The notes under the pieces were generated by a model, which did no database searches, was not told where the DNA came from, and saw nothing but the letters and a program-made list of their open reading frames with translations. From Methanoregula sp. (lineage in GTDB: Archaea > Halobacteriota > Methanomicrobia > Methanomicrobiales > Methanospirillaceae): a stretch of DNA of 64,000 nucleotides. Positions 51,502-60,911 of this stretch are shown here, piece after piece (within the stretch, counting starts at the first letter, position 1; each line of letters starts with the position of its first letter). A program made the translations under genes and the position numbers. The stretch is from positions 5,977 to 69,976 of the forward strand of contig NZ_JALOCH010000013.1 of assembly GCF_023227875.1 (NCBI RefSeq), written 5' to 3'.

Positions 51502-51739
51502 TGAGAGAAACCTGCCCGCCGCCATGAGGGGAATACATGTACTTCGCACTATTGACAGGATTGTTGTAATGCAGGAACCGTGGCGAGAGGCGATCATAAC
51601 GGACAGTTATTTATTTGCTATTATTAAAAATTTTATTGAGTTTCATTATAATTCGTATGAATTTTTTTAAAAATATTCTTACCTTGGCCGGACCTGTTCG
51701 CAGTCCCCCGTTAAGAACCATCGTTGTGCCTTTGGGAAA

Positions 51740-52861
51740 TTATCCGGGTTGCGGATAGAATACGGGAGTCATATTGGTCCCCGCCACAAACCGGCCGGCA
51801 TACTCATCCTGAATTGCCGATGGCTGGATATCGCGATACCCCTCCGGGTTGAGAATTCCTGCAAGGTAGGCAAGCCCGACAACCGAGCGGGGCCCATACA
51901 TGACACTGCCCAACATCACGTACACCTTGTTGTTCCTGACTGCACGGGTGTCTGAAATACCCGTCCGGGCGACAAGTTTGTCCCGGATCTCCCGGAGCTC
52001 CGTCTCGTTCTTTCCCGCTGCAGCAACTTTCACGATCACATCCGGGTCCTGGGCCGCAACCCATTCTGCATTGACCTTGGGTGAAGAGACCGGGAGCATG
52101 CCGGCGATATTACTGCCTCCGGCCATGGTGACCAGCAGGTCGCCCCCGCTTCCCATGGTCAGGGCAGAATAATCGGAGTATGATTCAATGTATACGCGGT
52201 TGGTTTCACCGGAGGTCCGGTCCACTGTGCGGGACTGCACGAGTGACTCATACTGTTCAAGGAACGAGATATACGCCTCTGCCCCATCCTCCCTGCCGGT
52301 CAGGTTCCCCAGCCGACGGGCATCGGACGCAAGCGTATCGATCTTGTAACAGTCAATGAGGAGGAGGGGGATGCCGGCCGATGTGATCTGATCGGTATTC
52401 TTGGGTGTATAACTCGAATAGCTGATCACCGCATCGGGGTGGAGCGAGAGGATCGTCTCAATATTGGGGGTCTGCCATGAGCCGATACTCTCTTTTCCGG
52501 CAAAGCGTGGGCCGAGTACAGGATGGTTCTTTACCGTATCAGATATGCCGACAACCTGGTCCCCTGCCCCGATGGCCAGGAGGAGTTCCGCTGCATCGGC
52601 ATTGGTGACGATGATGCGCTGCAGGGGGGTGCCGGGCGTTTGCGGGGTAACCGTAGTTGTGACCGGCAGGGTGGCAGACAATGCCGGGGTTATGGGCGAG
52701 GACAGGGAGGGGGGGGGTGCTGTTGCCGGTGTGGCTGATGCTTCCCTGCCGGACACGCATCCGGATACTGCACATGCAGCAATTATCAGGAGTATGAGGA
52801 GACACGCGGACAGGGCACCGGTTTGATGCGATAATTCTGATGGGGTATTTTTTTTCTTCAT
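51740..52861 (-). CDS. BtuF/FecB-like ABC substrate-binding lipoprotein
   Basis: VSGC lipobox, Pro/Thr linker, QRIIVTNADAAELL, PNIETILSLHPDAVI, AVRNNKVY. Confidence 0.9.
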   Translation of the reverse strand: MKKKNTPSELSHQTGALSACLLILLIIAACAVSGCVSGREASATPATAPPPSLSSPITPALSATLPVTTTVTPQTPGTPLQRIIVTNADAAELLLAIGAGDQVVGISDTVKNHPVLGPRFAGKESIGSWQTPNIETILSLHPDAVISYSSYTPKNTDQITSAGIPLLLIDCYKIDTLASDARRLGNLTGREDGAEAYISFLEQYESLVQSRTVDRTSGETNRVYIESYSDYSALTMGSGGDLLVTMAGGSNIAGMLPVSSPKVNAEWVAAQDPDVIVKVAAAGKNETELREIRDKLVARTGISDTRAVRNNKVYVMLGSVMYGPRSVVGLAYLAGILNPEGYRDIQPSAIQDEYAGRFVAGTNMTPVFYPQPG

Positions 52862-52934
52862 AATAACTCAGTCCTTTTCATGAGGGGGCGGATTCACGTT
52901 TTCGGAGAGCGCGTGCCCCGTGCATTCACGGGCA

Positions 52935-54149
52935 TCACGTATGCCGGATCGCCTCCACCGGATTCAGCCGTGCTGCCTGCAGGGCCGGGTAGATGCCGGA
53001 TACCAGTGAAAGGATGACGGCAACGAGAAATCCTGATAGCAGGATCTCCGGAGTGACCAGCGCAAGGTCATAGCGGGCGAATGCAGAGAAGAGCTCCCCG
53101 GTCTGGGAGATCAGGTACGCCTTTCCCGCGGTATTGATCACGTAGGAGAAAAGTATCCCAAGCAGATCTCCGAGCACCCCGCCTATCATGCCGATATACA
53201 GGCACTCGATCAGGATCAGGGTGACCACATCGCGCTGCGAGGCCCCGAGTGCCATGCTCACCCCGATTTCGCGCGTCCGTTCGTACACCGACATGACCAT
53301 CGTATTGACGATCATGAGGGCCCCGACAACGAGCGAGATCGCCGCAAAGATCGAGAGGAAGAGGATGACAAGATCCATGAAACGGTTGACGGTCTCGATC
53401 TGGCGGAATGCGCCGTTTGCGGTAAGACCGAGAGACTGGATCCCGCCTGCCACCGTGAGGACATTCTCCGGGTTGTCAACGCGTACATACACCGCGTTGT
53501 AGGGAACTGATTCATTGGACAGGGCGTGGATGGTATCCCGGTCCATGATGAGCAGGGAATCGAGCTGATCCTCCCTTTCGCGGAGCGTGCCGCCGGACCG
53601 GATTGCCAGTTTCCGGTCGGACGGGGCGCCATTCGGCGCATAGTCCCGGATGATGGCCGTGAAGAGATCGCCCTGCCGGATGCCTTCGTATTTCTGCAGT
53701 TTTTCGGCAAGTTCGTGCCCGATGACGACTTGGTTAGAACCGGCCGGATACAGGTCCCCTGCAGAAAATACCGGCGTGAACAGGACCCGCAGGTCCTCCG
53801 CGCTGATTCCCAGTACGTCGATATACGTCTGGTGCAGCGTGGAGAACGAGACCCGGTACACCGGCCCTGCGGCTTCAACATGGGGTATCTCCCTGATCAG
53901 GGAGACCTTGGATTCCGTGATGGGAATGACCGTCTCGTCCCTGACGGACCCGGTGACTTCGATAAGCGTGAGGTCCGACTGCTCTTTTATAGTCTCGATG
54001 GCCTGGTGGCGGATCCCCTCCCCGAACGAGACCATTCCCACTACGGCGGCAATGCCAATCGCTATCCCGAATGCGGTCAGGAACACACGCATCCGTTTTT
54101 TCAATACCTGGCGTGCAGAGAGCCGGGCAAAATCGGCCAGTTTTTTCAT
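52935..54149 (-). CDS. MacB/FtsX-family ABC permease
   Basis: RVFLTAFGIAIGIAAVV, extracytoplasmic domain, NTMVMSVYERTREIGVSMALGA, YPALQAARLNPVEAIR. Confidence 0.92.
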   Translation of the reverse strand: MKKLADFARLSARQVLKKRMRVFLTAFGIAIGIAAVVGMVSFGEGIRHQAIETIKEQSDLTLIEVTGSVRDETVIPITESKVSLIREIPHVEAAGPVYRVSFSTLHQTYIDVLGISAEDLRVLFTPVFSAGDLYPAGSNQVVIGHELAEKLQKYEGIRQGDLFTAIIRDYAPNGAPSDRKLAIRSGGTLREREDQLDSLLIMDRDTIHALSNESVPYNAVYVRVDNPENVLTVAGGIQSLGLTANGAFRQIETVNRFMDLVILFLSIFAAISLVVGALMIVNTMVMSVYERTREIGVSMALGASQRDVVTLILIECLYIGMIGGVLGDLLGILFSYVINTAGKAYLISQTGELFSAFARYDLALVTPEILLSGFLVAVILSLVSGIYPALQAARLNPVEAIRHT

Positions 54150-54814
54150 GTGCCGGTCACCTTCCCGTCAATGAGCCGGAACGACCGGTCCGCGTACTCC
54201 CCGAACTCCCGTTCGTGGGTGACCATGAAGAACGTGGTCTTCCGCACCCTGCTGATTTCCTGCATCAGGCTGAAGATATCAGCACTTGTTTTCTGGTCCA
54301 GGTTGCCGGTGGGTTCGTCGGCAAAAATGATGGGGGGGTTGCTGACGAGCGCCCGGGCGATTGCCACCCGCTGCTGTTCGCCGCCCGAGAGCTCGGCCGG
54401 GTGGTGGTGTTTCCGGTCGCCAAGGCCGAGGCTCGTGAGCAGTTCCCCGGCAGTGTGTGCCCGTATCTTCGGCTCATGGTAATTGAAGAGCATCGGGTAC
54501 TCGACATTCTCCTGTGCCGTGAGATGTGGCAGGAGGTTGAACTGCTGGAAGACAAACCCGATCTTCTGCCGCCGTATCGATACGAGCTGTGACGGGTCCC
54601 TGAAGTTCACGGGTACGCCGTCAAGGACAAGCGAGCCTGATGTGGGAGTGTCGAGACAGCCGAGGATGTTCAGGAGGGTGCTCTTGCCGGACCCGCTCCT
54701 CCCGATCAGGGTGACGAACTCTCCTTTTTCAATGGTAAAACTTGCTTCGGCAAGGGCAGGGACCCCGCCCCGGTATACTTTGCTCAACCGGTCCACTTCA
54801 ATGGTAGCAGGCAT
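54146..54814 (-). CDS. LolD/MacB-type ABC ATP-binding protein
   Basis: GRSGSGKST, GFVFQQFNL, LSGGEQQRVAIARAL, DEPTGNLD, VTHE. Confidence 0.93.
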   Translation of the reverse strand: MPATIEVDRLSKVYRGGVPALAEASFTIEKGEFVTLIGRSGSGKSTLLNILGCLDTPTSGSLVLDGVPVNFRDPSQLVSIRRQKIGFVFQQFNLLPHLTAQENVEYPMLFNYHEPKIRAHTAGELLTSLGLGDRKHHHPAELSGGEQQRVAIARALVSNPPIIFADEPTGNLDQKTSADIFSLMQEISRVRKTTFFMVTHEREFGEYADRSFRLIDGKVTGT

Positions 54815-54823
54815 GAGTCCACC

Positions 54824-55813
54824 TCACCGGAATACAATATGCAGTACAACGTTCGTCAGGAGCAGGTAATCCCCCCGGTCCTGGACGGCCACGGTATTCG
54901 ATCGCGGTGCCATGTACGCGGTGACGTCCCGCGTCTCGATACCGATCTGCTGCTGCTGGTCGGAGTCAAAGACATCCACCCACTCCTTTCCGTTCGCGTA
55001 GGGAAAGACGAGCCCGAGGATCACCGAAAGAAATTTCGGAAGATCGGAGTCCTGCTGGTGATTGAAGTACAGGGCATTTTTCCGGATAACATCCGAGCGC
55101 GTATATCCCCCGGAAGGTGCAACGAGTTCGAGGGTTGCAGACTTCATCCTGGCGGTGTCGATCTCCCGGTTGAAATCCACGCTGCTCGTTGCCATCTCCG
55201 GGGTGATGCCATAGCTGTAGTAGAGCATGTCGCAGCCTTCCTTTACAAGAATAAGGCCTTCCGGCTCCGAAGCGCTGCTGTACACGGCAAGGAGGCCGAT
55301 CCCCTGGATCACGAACGTGCTGTTGCTCTCTGCAGTATTGGCAACCCCGAAGGTGACCGTACTGGTCCCGGGGGGGAGTGGGGCCCCGGAGAAGGCATCC
55401 ACCCCGGAATAGAAATCACTCGGGCTTGAGAACCCCTTGTTGTCGGTATACCGTACAACCGGTTCGGCACTGGTCCCGTAAGCGGGACTGCTGATGGCGG
55501 CGATGGAGGGGTACACGGACTGCTCGTCCCTGCGGCTCCATGCCCAGTAGACATAATACCGCTGGTACTGGACGACCGCATCGTCCGGGAGGGTGACGGT
55601 AAATTCTACCGGGTACTGGTCGCCGGGTAGAAGCGTACCGCTGTACGTACTGTTGCCGGTCGAGAACGCGTACCCGCACTTCCCTTCGCAGGTATATGCA
55701 TCAAAGAGCGGCTTGTCGCCGGCATAGGTTGCAAGGACCGGGACGGCAAGGAGTGCAGCGCAGAGCAGGGCCATCACCGTCCTAGCCCGGGAAATCATAG
55801 CGGCCCTGCGCAA
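54824..55813 (-). CDS. Secreted DUF3344-domain protein
   Basis: Signal peptide then TYAGDKPL; YVYWAWS, YTDNKGF, LLAVY, EGCDML. Confidence 0.75.
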   Translation of the reverse strand: MRRAAMISRARTVMALLCAALLAVPVLATYAGDKPLFDAYTCEGKCGYAFSTGNSTYSGTLLPGDQYPVEFTVTLPDDAVVQYQRYYVYWAWSRRDEQSVYPSIAAISSPAYGTSAEPVVRYTDNKGFSSPSDFYSGVDAFSGAPLPPGTSTVTFGVANTAESNSTFVIQGIGLLAVYSSASEPEGLILVKEGCDMLYYSYGITPEMATSSVDFNREIDTARMKSATLELVAPSGGYTRSDVIRKNALYFNHQQDSDLPKFLSVILGLVFPYANGKEWVDVFDSDQQQQIGIETRDVTAYMAPRSNTVAVQDRGDYLLLTNVVLHIVFR

Positions 55814-57596
55814 TGTTATTGTTCCGGTTGCTGTCCTTTATGATCCCTGCTTCGTCTGCAACGACCTTCAGTTCATGGGTGCCCGGGGCGATGAAGACCG
55901 GGATCGCGATATCCGCCGTTGCATGTGCCGCGAGGCCCGCCTCGATCTGCTTATCGGCGATCTTCTCGCCGTCGAGATAGACGCTCACGGTGAAAGCCGG
56001 GGCATGGCTTCCCCCGTTGTTGGTGATCGTGAGGGGGAGGGTGTACTCAAGAGTGACCGTGTCTGCCCCGGCCGACACGATGATGCCGGGCACGACCAGC
56101 AGGACTGCAAGGAGAAGCATTGCTGCCGGAATGGTTGACGGGGGCCTCTTCCTGCTGAACCGCATGAGGAGGAGCACGCCGACGGCCCCGCATACCGTGA
56201 GGACCGACAGCGGGGACTTTGTGACGGTTACAGCAGCCTCCCCTTTGTGCACGGGAGATCCGATGCTTACGGAGAGATCGGGGGGGGTCCCGACCGTCAG
56301 CGGGAGCGAGGCCGCGTTGTTATCGGTCTTGGAATCTGCCGGCGCTGCCACACTGGCGGAAACGGTATGGCTTCCCGCTTCCGCAACCCAGGGTACCTGC
56401 ACGACGGTGATGCCACTCGCCGGGATCGTTGCCTGGGTCGTATTCATGGTTTTACCGTCAATCGCAAACGTGACCGGTACGGGTCCTGCCGGCTGATTCC
56501 CGTAACTCCGGATCTCTGCAACAAGGACCGCATTTTCTCCCGCAAAGGCGTTCTCTGCACGGATGCTTTCCGTTGCAAGGTCTGTCACCGGACTGCTGCC
56601 GGGTCTTGTGACGGTAAGGATCGCCATGACAGGGTGTATGTAATCCTCTCCCTCCGGGGCATCACCGGTGGTTACAATGGACCCGTCACCGTCAAGGTCG
56701 AAACCCCGGATGAAGCGTGCGGTGCTGGTCTCCTTCACAAGAGATGTGACTTCGAAGACTTCCATGTCGGCATACCGCGAGGGAATCCCGGTACCCCCAC
56801 CGGCATCGAATGATATCTCGTCGCCGATGTCCGTGACATTCCTGCCGGACATGTTCCGGATCGGCACCCCGAGGTACTGCCCGTTGAACTGCACGTAATC
56901 CGGCTGGCCTTTTCCCCCGGCAAGGAGGAGGACCGAGAGGTTGGCCCGGGTCACACCGGTTAATCCTGCACTGGTGAAGGTGACGTTCGTATCCTCGTGC
57001 TTTGTCGGGTTGGTCCCGGCCCAGCCTTCGCCATGGAGGTTCTCGTTGCCTTCCGCTATCCAGTACTGTGTCTGTTCCCCGGATTCCGGATCATCCACTA
57101 CGGCAGCAACAAGGATCGCGTATACCCTGCCGTCCAGTTTGTTGCCGGGATCGGTCTTGCTTGTATTGACCGTGATGAGGTTGTCACCCCGTGTGAGAAG
57201 ATCCGTCGGGTCGTATGCGATCCAGTAGATGCCGTGACCCGATTCATAGAGATCGCGGTTCTGGTCCCGGTCGCCGTTGAGGAGATACCTCGCTTTCTTT
57301 TTATTATTGATGGTGATGTCCGCCCAGCCGGTATATTTTTCCGTGCCCCCCCAGATGCCGGTGTAGACCCGGGCATACCGGGGCACGGACGGGAGGGTGA
57401 ACTTGAGTTCGTACGGTGGTTTGTCGAGGCCGTATTCCCCGAACATGAGGACGTCGCCGGTTACGGTCCCCTGTGCGGTTACAGTGAGAGGAATGCCTTC
57501 GAAATCGTAGAGAGCTGATACCGGGTACATCACGATACCCAGTGCCAACAAGGACAGGAGAAGAGAGACAGACGTTAATCGTACCATGTATACCAT
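55782..57596 (-). CDS. Secreted DUF3344 plus CARDB protein with an internal membrane hairpin
   Basis: Signal peptide then LYDFEGIPL..GTVTGD; ARVYTGIWGG; DGRVYAI; CARDB-like DLATESI.. and TITNNGG..FTVSVYLDG..HELKVVAD..E..NN. Confidence 0.8.
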   Translation of the reverse strand: MVYMVRLTSVSLLLSLLALGIVMYPVSALYDFEGIPLTVTAQGTVTGDVLMFGEYGLDKPPYELKFTLPSVPRYARVYTGIWGGTEKYTGWADITINNKKKARYLLNGDRDQNRDLYESGHGIYWIAYDPTDLLTRGDNLITVNTSKTDPGNKLDGRVYAILVAAVVDDPESGEQTQYWIAEGNENLHGEGWAGTNPTKHEDTNVTFTSAGLTGVTRANLSVLLLAGGKGQPDYVQFNGQYLGVPIRNMSGRNVTDIGDEISFDAGGGTGIPSRYADMEVFEVTSLVKETSTARFIRGFDLDGDGSIVTTGDAPEGEDYIHPVMAILTVTRPGSSPVTDLATESIRAENAFAGENAVLVAEIRSYGNQPAGPVPVTFAIDGKTMNTTQATIPASGITVVQVPWVAEAGSHTVSASVAAPADSKTDNNAASLPLTVGTPPDLSVSIGSPVHKGEAAVTVTKSPLSVLTVCGAVGVLLLMRFSRKRPPSTIPAAMLLLAVLLVVPGIIVSAGADTVTLEYTLPLTITNNGGSHAPAFTVSVYLDGEKIADKQIEAGLAAHATADIAIPVFIAPGTHELKVVADEAGIIKDSNRNNNIAQGRYDFPG

Positions 57597-57667
57597 CCCG
57601 GAAAAGATTCAGATTCAATATACCTGCTATAATAATTCAGATAAAGATTGTTATTTTGTTGTGATAA

Positions 57668-57694
57668 GTGATATTATTTTAATTTTCGTAATAC
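57668..57694. promoter_or_regulatory. Candidate NikR-type operator upstream of the DUF3344 operon
   Basis: GTGATAT-N13-GTAATAC (12/14). Confidence 0.4.
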
Positions 57695-57707
57695 CGGTAC
57701 TTCAGGA

Positions 57708-58589
57708 TCAGGATTCTTCTGCTCCCGTGGCCAAAGAAAGTACTGCATCCTTGCGCTCCCCTGCCACCTGCCGGTCAGTATAATCGTAATGGGAGATTTT
57801 TTCGATGATTACATAGAACATGTCCCTGTGCCGGTGATTATACCGGAAGGCCAGTTCCTGTACAAAATCAGGGATCTGTGCGCGTTCCAGATACCGGTGA
57901 CGGGACCAGAGGGTCTGGGCAAAACGCCAGAATACCGTAAGCGGCGGCCAGGTTCCCCGGTTTTTTGGTGTGAGGATGACGGTTTCCTGGTTGCAGCGAT
58001 CCGGATAATAGGCAATGAGGCCATGATACTGCTTCTCGCAGGCATCGATGAAGAGGACGGTACTGCGGATCGACCACGGAATCTCCATCTGGATGATTAT
58101 ATCCGGGAAGGGTGTCTCATATCGCTCGATCTCAATAACCTCGGCATGAATGCGGATACCGAAGACGACCGGATCCAATCGCGATGCAGTAGGGTGCTGC
58201 AGAATGTTTCCAGCAATTGAAAGACCAGGTCCCGGTACGGCCGGCCCATCAATGATCGCAAGGCGGATCCGCCGGTAGATCCTGTTCACCATCGCACGCT
58301 CCATGTGCAGCTGCGCGACCGCTTCATCCGGGGGAATGTCATCGGCAAACATCCTGATTATGCGGATGAACTGCAGGTAGGTGATTTGCGTGTTCTCAAT
58401 AATACTTCCCCTTCGGAGACCCCAGGTAAAGCCACAGTCGCTGCACCTGCTCCGGCCCCGGCTTACGGATACCACCCGGGTACTGCCGCACAGGGTGCAG
58501 GGCTGAACGGCCCGGAGGATTCCGGCACCTATCAGGAACTTCTTTGCAGCGGATTCATTGCGTATCAGGTTCTCATTGATGACACTCAT
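57708..58589 (-). CDS. IS1595-family transposase-derived protein with degenerate catalytic motifs
   Basis: Zn ribbon CTLC..RCSDC, HTH (AVAQLHMERAMVNRIYRRIR), C-terminal FW..A....QELAFRYNHR; no recognisable DExY/NGIE motifs. Confidence 0.65.
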   Translation of the reverse strand: MSVINENLIRNESAAKKFLIGAGILRAVQPCTLCGSTRVVSVSRGRSRCSDCGFTWGLRRGSIIENTQITYLQFIRIIRMFADDIPPDEAVAQLHMERAMVNRIYRRIRLAIIDGPAVPGPGLSIAGNILQHPTASRLDPVVFGIRIHAEVIEIERYETPFPDIIIQMEIPWSIRSTVLFIDACEKQYHGLIAYYPDRCNQETVILTPKNRGTWPPLTVFWRFAQTLWSRHRYLERAQIPDFVQELAFRYNHRHRDMFYVIIEKISHYDYTDRQVAGERKDAVLSLATGAEES

Positions 58590-58653
58590 TTTATCATCCC
58601 GTTCCAAGGATTTGATTTATTAATAATAAATTATCAGTAATTTTTTCCATTAC

Positions 58654-58680
58654 GTAATACTTTTTTAAAAAAAGTATTAC
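58654..58680. promoter_or_regulatory. Perfect inverted-repeat operator (NikR-like)
   Basis: GTAATAC-TTTTTTAAAAAAA-GTATTAC, 65 bp upstream of the 58589 start. Confidence 0.65.
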
Positions 58681-59419
58681 ATTCTATTTATAAATTTTGA
58701 AACTGCCCGGGCCCGTGAACTGTGATATCCCCGGTTACCAAGATTGCACGCAACCTCTCCAAAGGGTTCACCGTAGTGCGGGAATGTGCCGGGGATTAAA
58801 CGCCCTGCGCTGATGAGCGTTTTATTCAATTCCAATAAGGAGTGTCACACAATATGGTTCAATTAATAATACGGAATCAATTTGGATATTCACTGTGTTA
58901 ACAACCTGCTATGAAAATAATACTATACTATTAATAATGTGCAAAAACGGGTTGTGAATAATTATGTACAGTATTTACAGAGATTATCATGCACTCTGAA
59001 TTTACACATTACTTATTAGTGCAATTTTCAAAAGGCGCACCGATCCCAGGCATCAGAAACGCCCGGCAATTGCAGGTAACCGGGGCTCAATTATCCAGGG
59101 GCGCATACCGCGTATGAAAAATCTACGGCTCATGAAACCGGGGCCGCCATCGGTATTGCAGGGAATAATTCCGGTAACCGGATCACGTGCAATCGCCCCC
59201 CAGCCCGATCGGGCTTTTGACTTGGGCCGCACGGATCCCTGCGGCCGGCACCGGGATTTCAGGATCTATATTCCGGAATCAGGATTCGCTACCCCCACAG
59301 CCATGGGGGGAATATCGTAGCCGGCGGCAGATTTCATTTCATTCTCATCTGGCTGCTGCTTTGCGATTACGATGCTGGCGATGCCGGTTCGTTGGCAGGG
59401 ATTTGTTAGGGTCCGTTGA

Positions 59420-59648
59420 TCATATCCGAAGCAACCGGAGATAATCTTCCCGTGTCATCCCAACGGTTTTCATATTATTAAGAATTATTGTGACCGGGAC
59501 TTCATCGTAACGGGGTATCACAACTGCCCGTTTGGCAGCCGGGTGATGGTAGATCAGATGATCGCCGCTCTGGCGGACGAATGTGCATCCCGATTTTTCA
59601 AATATCCTGACTTGAGTTTTCCAGTCAGTGGGGGATATTTTTTTTCAT
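59420..59648 (-). pseudogene. hicA: HicA toxin with a +1 frameshift in an A8 run just after ATG
   Basis: ATG-A8-TATCCCCC; with A7 it reads MKKISPTDWKTQVRIFEKSGCTFVRQSGDHLIYHHPAAKRAVVIPRYDEVPVTIILNNMKTVGMTREDYLRLLRI*, including the HicA G(D/S)H motif. Confidence 0.75.
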
Positions 59649-59724
59649 CGGGCATCACAGGGAAATGTATCAGAAAAATGAACCGGAACGGATCCTCATT
59701 TCCAGCAGGAGGTTTTTATGGGCA

Positions 59725-60003
59725 CTACAATACGGGAATCGGGATCCGGATCTCTTCGAAACATACGATTTTTTTGCCGGTCTTTATGACATCGCCATCC
59801 CGGATATACCCGGATTCGCTGAGCAGATCGTCAAGTGTCCCCAGTTTTGCGATCTCTTCCAGCTGGATCGTGATGACTTCCGCTAAATTCTTACGCGCTT
59901 CCTCTTGCGTGTGACCGCAGCTGGCGATATCGAGTTCCGGGCAGTATGAAGTATACATGCCTCCCTCCTTCCAGATTTCAGCAGTAGTGATGAGATCCCG
60001 CAT
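59725..60003 (-). CDS. hicB: HicB-family antitoxin
   Basis: EGGMYTSYCPELDIASCGHTQEEARKNLAEVI. Confidence 0.87.
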   Translation of the reverse strand: MRDLITTAEIWKEGGMYTSYCPELDIASCGHTQEEARKNLAEVITIQLEEIAKLGTLDDLLSESGYIRDGDVIKTGKKIVCFEEIRIPIPVL

Positions 60004-60437
60004 ACGTTTTCCGCCCCTATCCACTTGTATATCCGTACCTGTTAATGAGGTATGTGGTGACCGTTTTTGTGTAACGAATCTTTCAATGAAATGAGGTTGC
60101 GGAAAAAAACCGCAGGATTCATTGATGGAGTTTTAAGTCGTCATGTCTGTGCCGTGCTCTTCCGCACTGACGGCAAACGCGATCAGAATCCGGGAACGCT
60201 TCTTTCCTGATAATATCTACAATTCCTTGACCGGTTTTCCCCAATCACTATTTCCTTGCCTGGCACACACGTTCCCGTGTCGCCAGCAGGGGACGCGATC
60301 CTGCGCGCTTTCCGGCTCTTCCAGGTATTGTTTTCGGAGGGGCACGGATGCGCTCGCCCAGATAAAATCTGTGCGAAAAAAAAACGGCATACCTTTTACA
60401 GGGATCCTTGCAGCCGGGATATCCCGACGATGTAAGA

Positions 60438-60911
60438 TCAGTTCTTTTTCAGAATGCCATCCCTGAATTTTTCAAGGGGCATAGTATCCGGTTTGAAAAA
60501 TCCGGCATTTTCCAGGACTGCGGGAACCCGGTACCTGATCAGGTTCTTGTCGGAGGTCAGGAAATAATCAGAAGCATATGCCATCGCATATGCCAGATGA
60601 GTACGATCCGTGGGTTCCCGGATCATCCTGCTGTCGATCTCCACTTCCCCCATCTGGTAACATAGGATTCTTACATAGTCATTCGGGAAATGAATCGCGA
60701 CATTCCAGTCATCAAGTGCCTGATTCAGGTACGTGATATAATCTATCGCATTCGAATGTTCATGCATCTGGGCAAGTGCCTCGCCAAGAACCGAGATGGA
60801 CGTCCTGATCTGGTAATCCATGTTCAATGCATGTTCCAGAATGGTCGCGGTCTGGGGGGATTCGATACCCTGAAAGAATATTGTAGTATCAAGAAAAAGA
60901 GAAGCTTTCAT
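60438..60911 (-). CDS. PIN-domain (VapC-like) protein
   Basis: LFLDTT, VLGEA, TDRTHLAYA, FLTSDKNL: four acidic PIN positions. Confidence 0.82.
   Translation of the reverse strand: MKASLFLDTTIFFQGIESPQTATILEHALNMDYQIRTSISVLGEALAQMHEHSNAIDYITYLNQALDDWNVAIHFPNDYVRILCYQMGEVEIDSRMIREPTDRTHLAYAMAYASDYFLTSDKNLIRYRVPAVLENAGFFKPDTMPLEKFRDGILKKN

Noticed and set aside
37005-57518. Many long antisense or overlapping ORFs (for example 37523-38470, 39775-40758, 43015-44316, 48997-50070)
   Set aside because: Shadows of GC-rich genes on the opposite strand, with no recognisable motifs
57708-58680. Intact active IS element
   Set aside because: No terminal inverted repeats or target duplication found, and catalytic motifs are degenerate
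59100-59420. Possible cobalamin riboswitch
   Set aside because: The B12-box and core motifs (GGGAA..AATCC, GCCCCCGCAACTG, GCCACTG, AGCCAGGAGACC) are not present
60100-60330. Possible antitoxin remnant (LLATRERV..LGKTGQGIVDIIRKE)
   Set aside because: Interrupted by two stops and too short to support
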